From Geobacteraceae bacterium (lineage in GTDB: Bacteria > Desulfobacterota > Desulfuromonadia > Geobacterales > Geobacteraceae), in contig JARKPN010000166.1 of NCBI GenBank assembly GCA_029975275.1, forward strand, positions 40,509-104,508: DNA of 64,000 nucleotides, in the 5' to 3' direction. The position numbers were made by a program, and so were the translations under genes. The notes under the pieces are model-generated. The model had not been told where the DNA came from, searched no databases, and saw only the letters and a program-made list of their open reading frames with translations. Shown piece by piece: positions 63,356 through 64,000 of the stretch (positions are counted from its first letter, which is position 1; the number at the start of each line of letters is the position of its first letter).

Positions 63356-64000
63356 TCAGATCAATTTTTCCAACCGTACTGCGCAGATCTTGTACTCGCC
63401 GGTCTGGCTGATGGGGTCGAAGGCGTGTACGGTGAGCTCATTGGTGGGAGTCGTGGCATGGTGGAAGCTCATCCAGATCATGCCTGGCTGTACCTTGTCG
63501 GTCACCTGTATCCCGGTGGTCACGCTGCCCCTGCGGGAGGTGACCCGCAGCCGGTCGCCGTCACCGACGGACAGGTTTTTCGCGTCCCTCGGATGGAGCA
63601 TGGCCGCCTCTTGCGGCACGTAATCCGACAGCGCCTTGGATTGACGGGTGGTGACATTGTAGTGTGACAGGATGCGGCCGGTGGAGAGGAGGAAGGGGTA
63701 TTCCTCGTCGGGAAGTTCCGCGGGAGGAATGTGCTCGATCCCCTTCAGCAGCCCAAGGCCGCGGGTGAAGGTCTTCGTGTGCAGGATGGCCGTACCCGGA
63801 TGGTCGATGGACGGGCAGGGCCATTGCAGGCCGTCATTATCGATCCGGTCGTAATTGATCCCGGTGAAGATGGGGGACAGGGCAGCCAGTTCGTCCCAGA
63901 TTTCGCCGGGCCAGGAGTAGTCCATGGGATAGCCCATGCGTTTGGCGACCTCACAGACGATCCACCAGTCGGCACGGGTGTCGGCGATGGGTTCGATGGC
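63356..64000 (-). CDS. Molybdopterin (bis-MGD) oxidoreductase, formate dehydrogenase alpha-like, C-terminal part (gene continues beyond the window end)
   Basis: LSTGRILSHYNVTTRQSKAL...MLHPRDAKNLSVGDGDRLRVTSRRGSVTTGIQVTDKVQPGMIWMSFHH...DPISQTGEYKICAVRLEK is the FdhF/FdhA-type C-terminal molybdopterin dinucleotide-binding domain. The reading frame is open upstream to 64000. Confidence 0.8.
   Translation of the reverse strand, partial: AIEPIADTRADWWIVCEVAKRMGYPMDYSWPGEIWDELAALSPIFTGINYDRIDNDGLQWPCPSIDHPGTAILHTKTFTRGLGLLKGIEHIPPAELPDEEYPFLLSTGRILSHYNVTTRQSKALSDYVPQEAAMLHPRDAKNLSVGDGDRLRVTSRRGSVTTGIQVTDKVQPGMIWMSFHHATTPTNELTVHAFDPISQTGEYKICAVRLEKLI

Noticed and set aside
1-64000. CRISPR arrays, tRNA/rRNA genes, integrases or prophage modules
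   Set aside because: I saw no regularly spaced direct repeats, no tRNA-like cloverleaf candidates in the intergenic regions inspected, and no integrase/recombinase ORFs. The only mobile-element trace is the IS200 relic.

Overview
This is a high-GC bacterial chromosome segment (roughly 55-60% GC by eye). The gene content looks deltaproteobacterial/Desulfuromonadales-like, which is an impression and not a search result. Nearly all long ORFs antisense to the called genes look like GC-driven artefacts. I recognised no rRNA, tRNA or CRISPR array.

Gene order, left to right:
- Chemotaxis module: MCP, CheW, CheA, STAS, CheY, MCP.
- OmpA-like lipoprotein, Smr and an orphan secreted protein.
- M48 protease plus LemA.
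- GapN-like ALDH plus sucCD.
- DUF948/YtxH pair and YihY.
- PAS plus SpoIIE-type phosphatase pair, then MscS.
- RND tripartite efflux operon.
- prpBCD, then Rrf2-cydAB, a second YtxH and a REC-GGDEF regulator.
- A ~15.5 kb type VI secretion (T6SS) locus at 35.6-51.1 kb.
- LysR regulator and a TusA-FdhD fusion.
- NMNAT-like / iPGM-like / TIM-barrel operon, rhodanese and an IS200 relic.
- A 7-gene minus-strand operon: Tat-signal ModA-like binding protein, NapH-like polyferredoxin, stand-alone NifB-type radical SAM, YedE, YedF, a DUF3343 fusion and a YjeF_C-like kinase fold.
- The 3' end of a formate-dehydrogenase-like molybdoenzyme.

Most notable observations:
1. The T6SS locus is atypical and partly decayed. 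tagF reads without a stop into a complete tssA. tssF survives only as a two-frame relic between tssK and tssL. No tssG, clpV, vgrG or PAAR is present in the window.
2. A small Hcp-linked effector/immunity pair carries an in-frame TAG where I recall the family having a conserved Trp. An operon-embedded M48 peptidase is frameshifted. Two low-GC patches sit where the missing core genes would be expected.
3. The NifB-like/YedEF/ModA-like operon next to FDH and TusA-FdhD is a gene combination I cannot assign to a described pathway.
4. CheA carries a tandem MshEN-like (possible c-di-GMP-binding) insert.
5. A 19-bp perfect inverted repeat brackets 143 bp in the mcp-cheW spacer.
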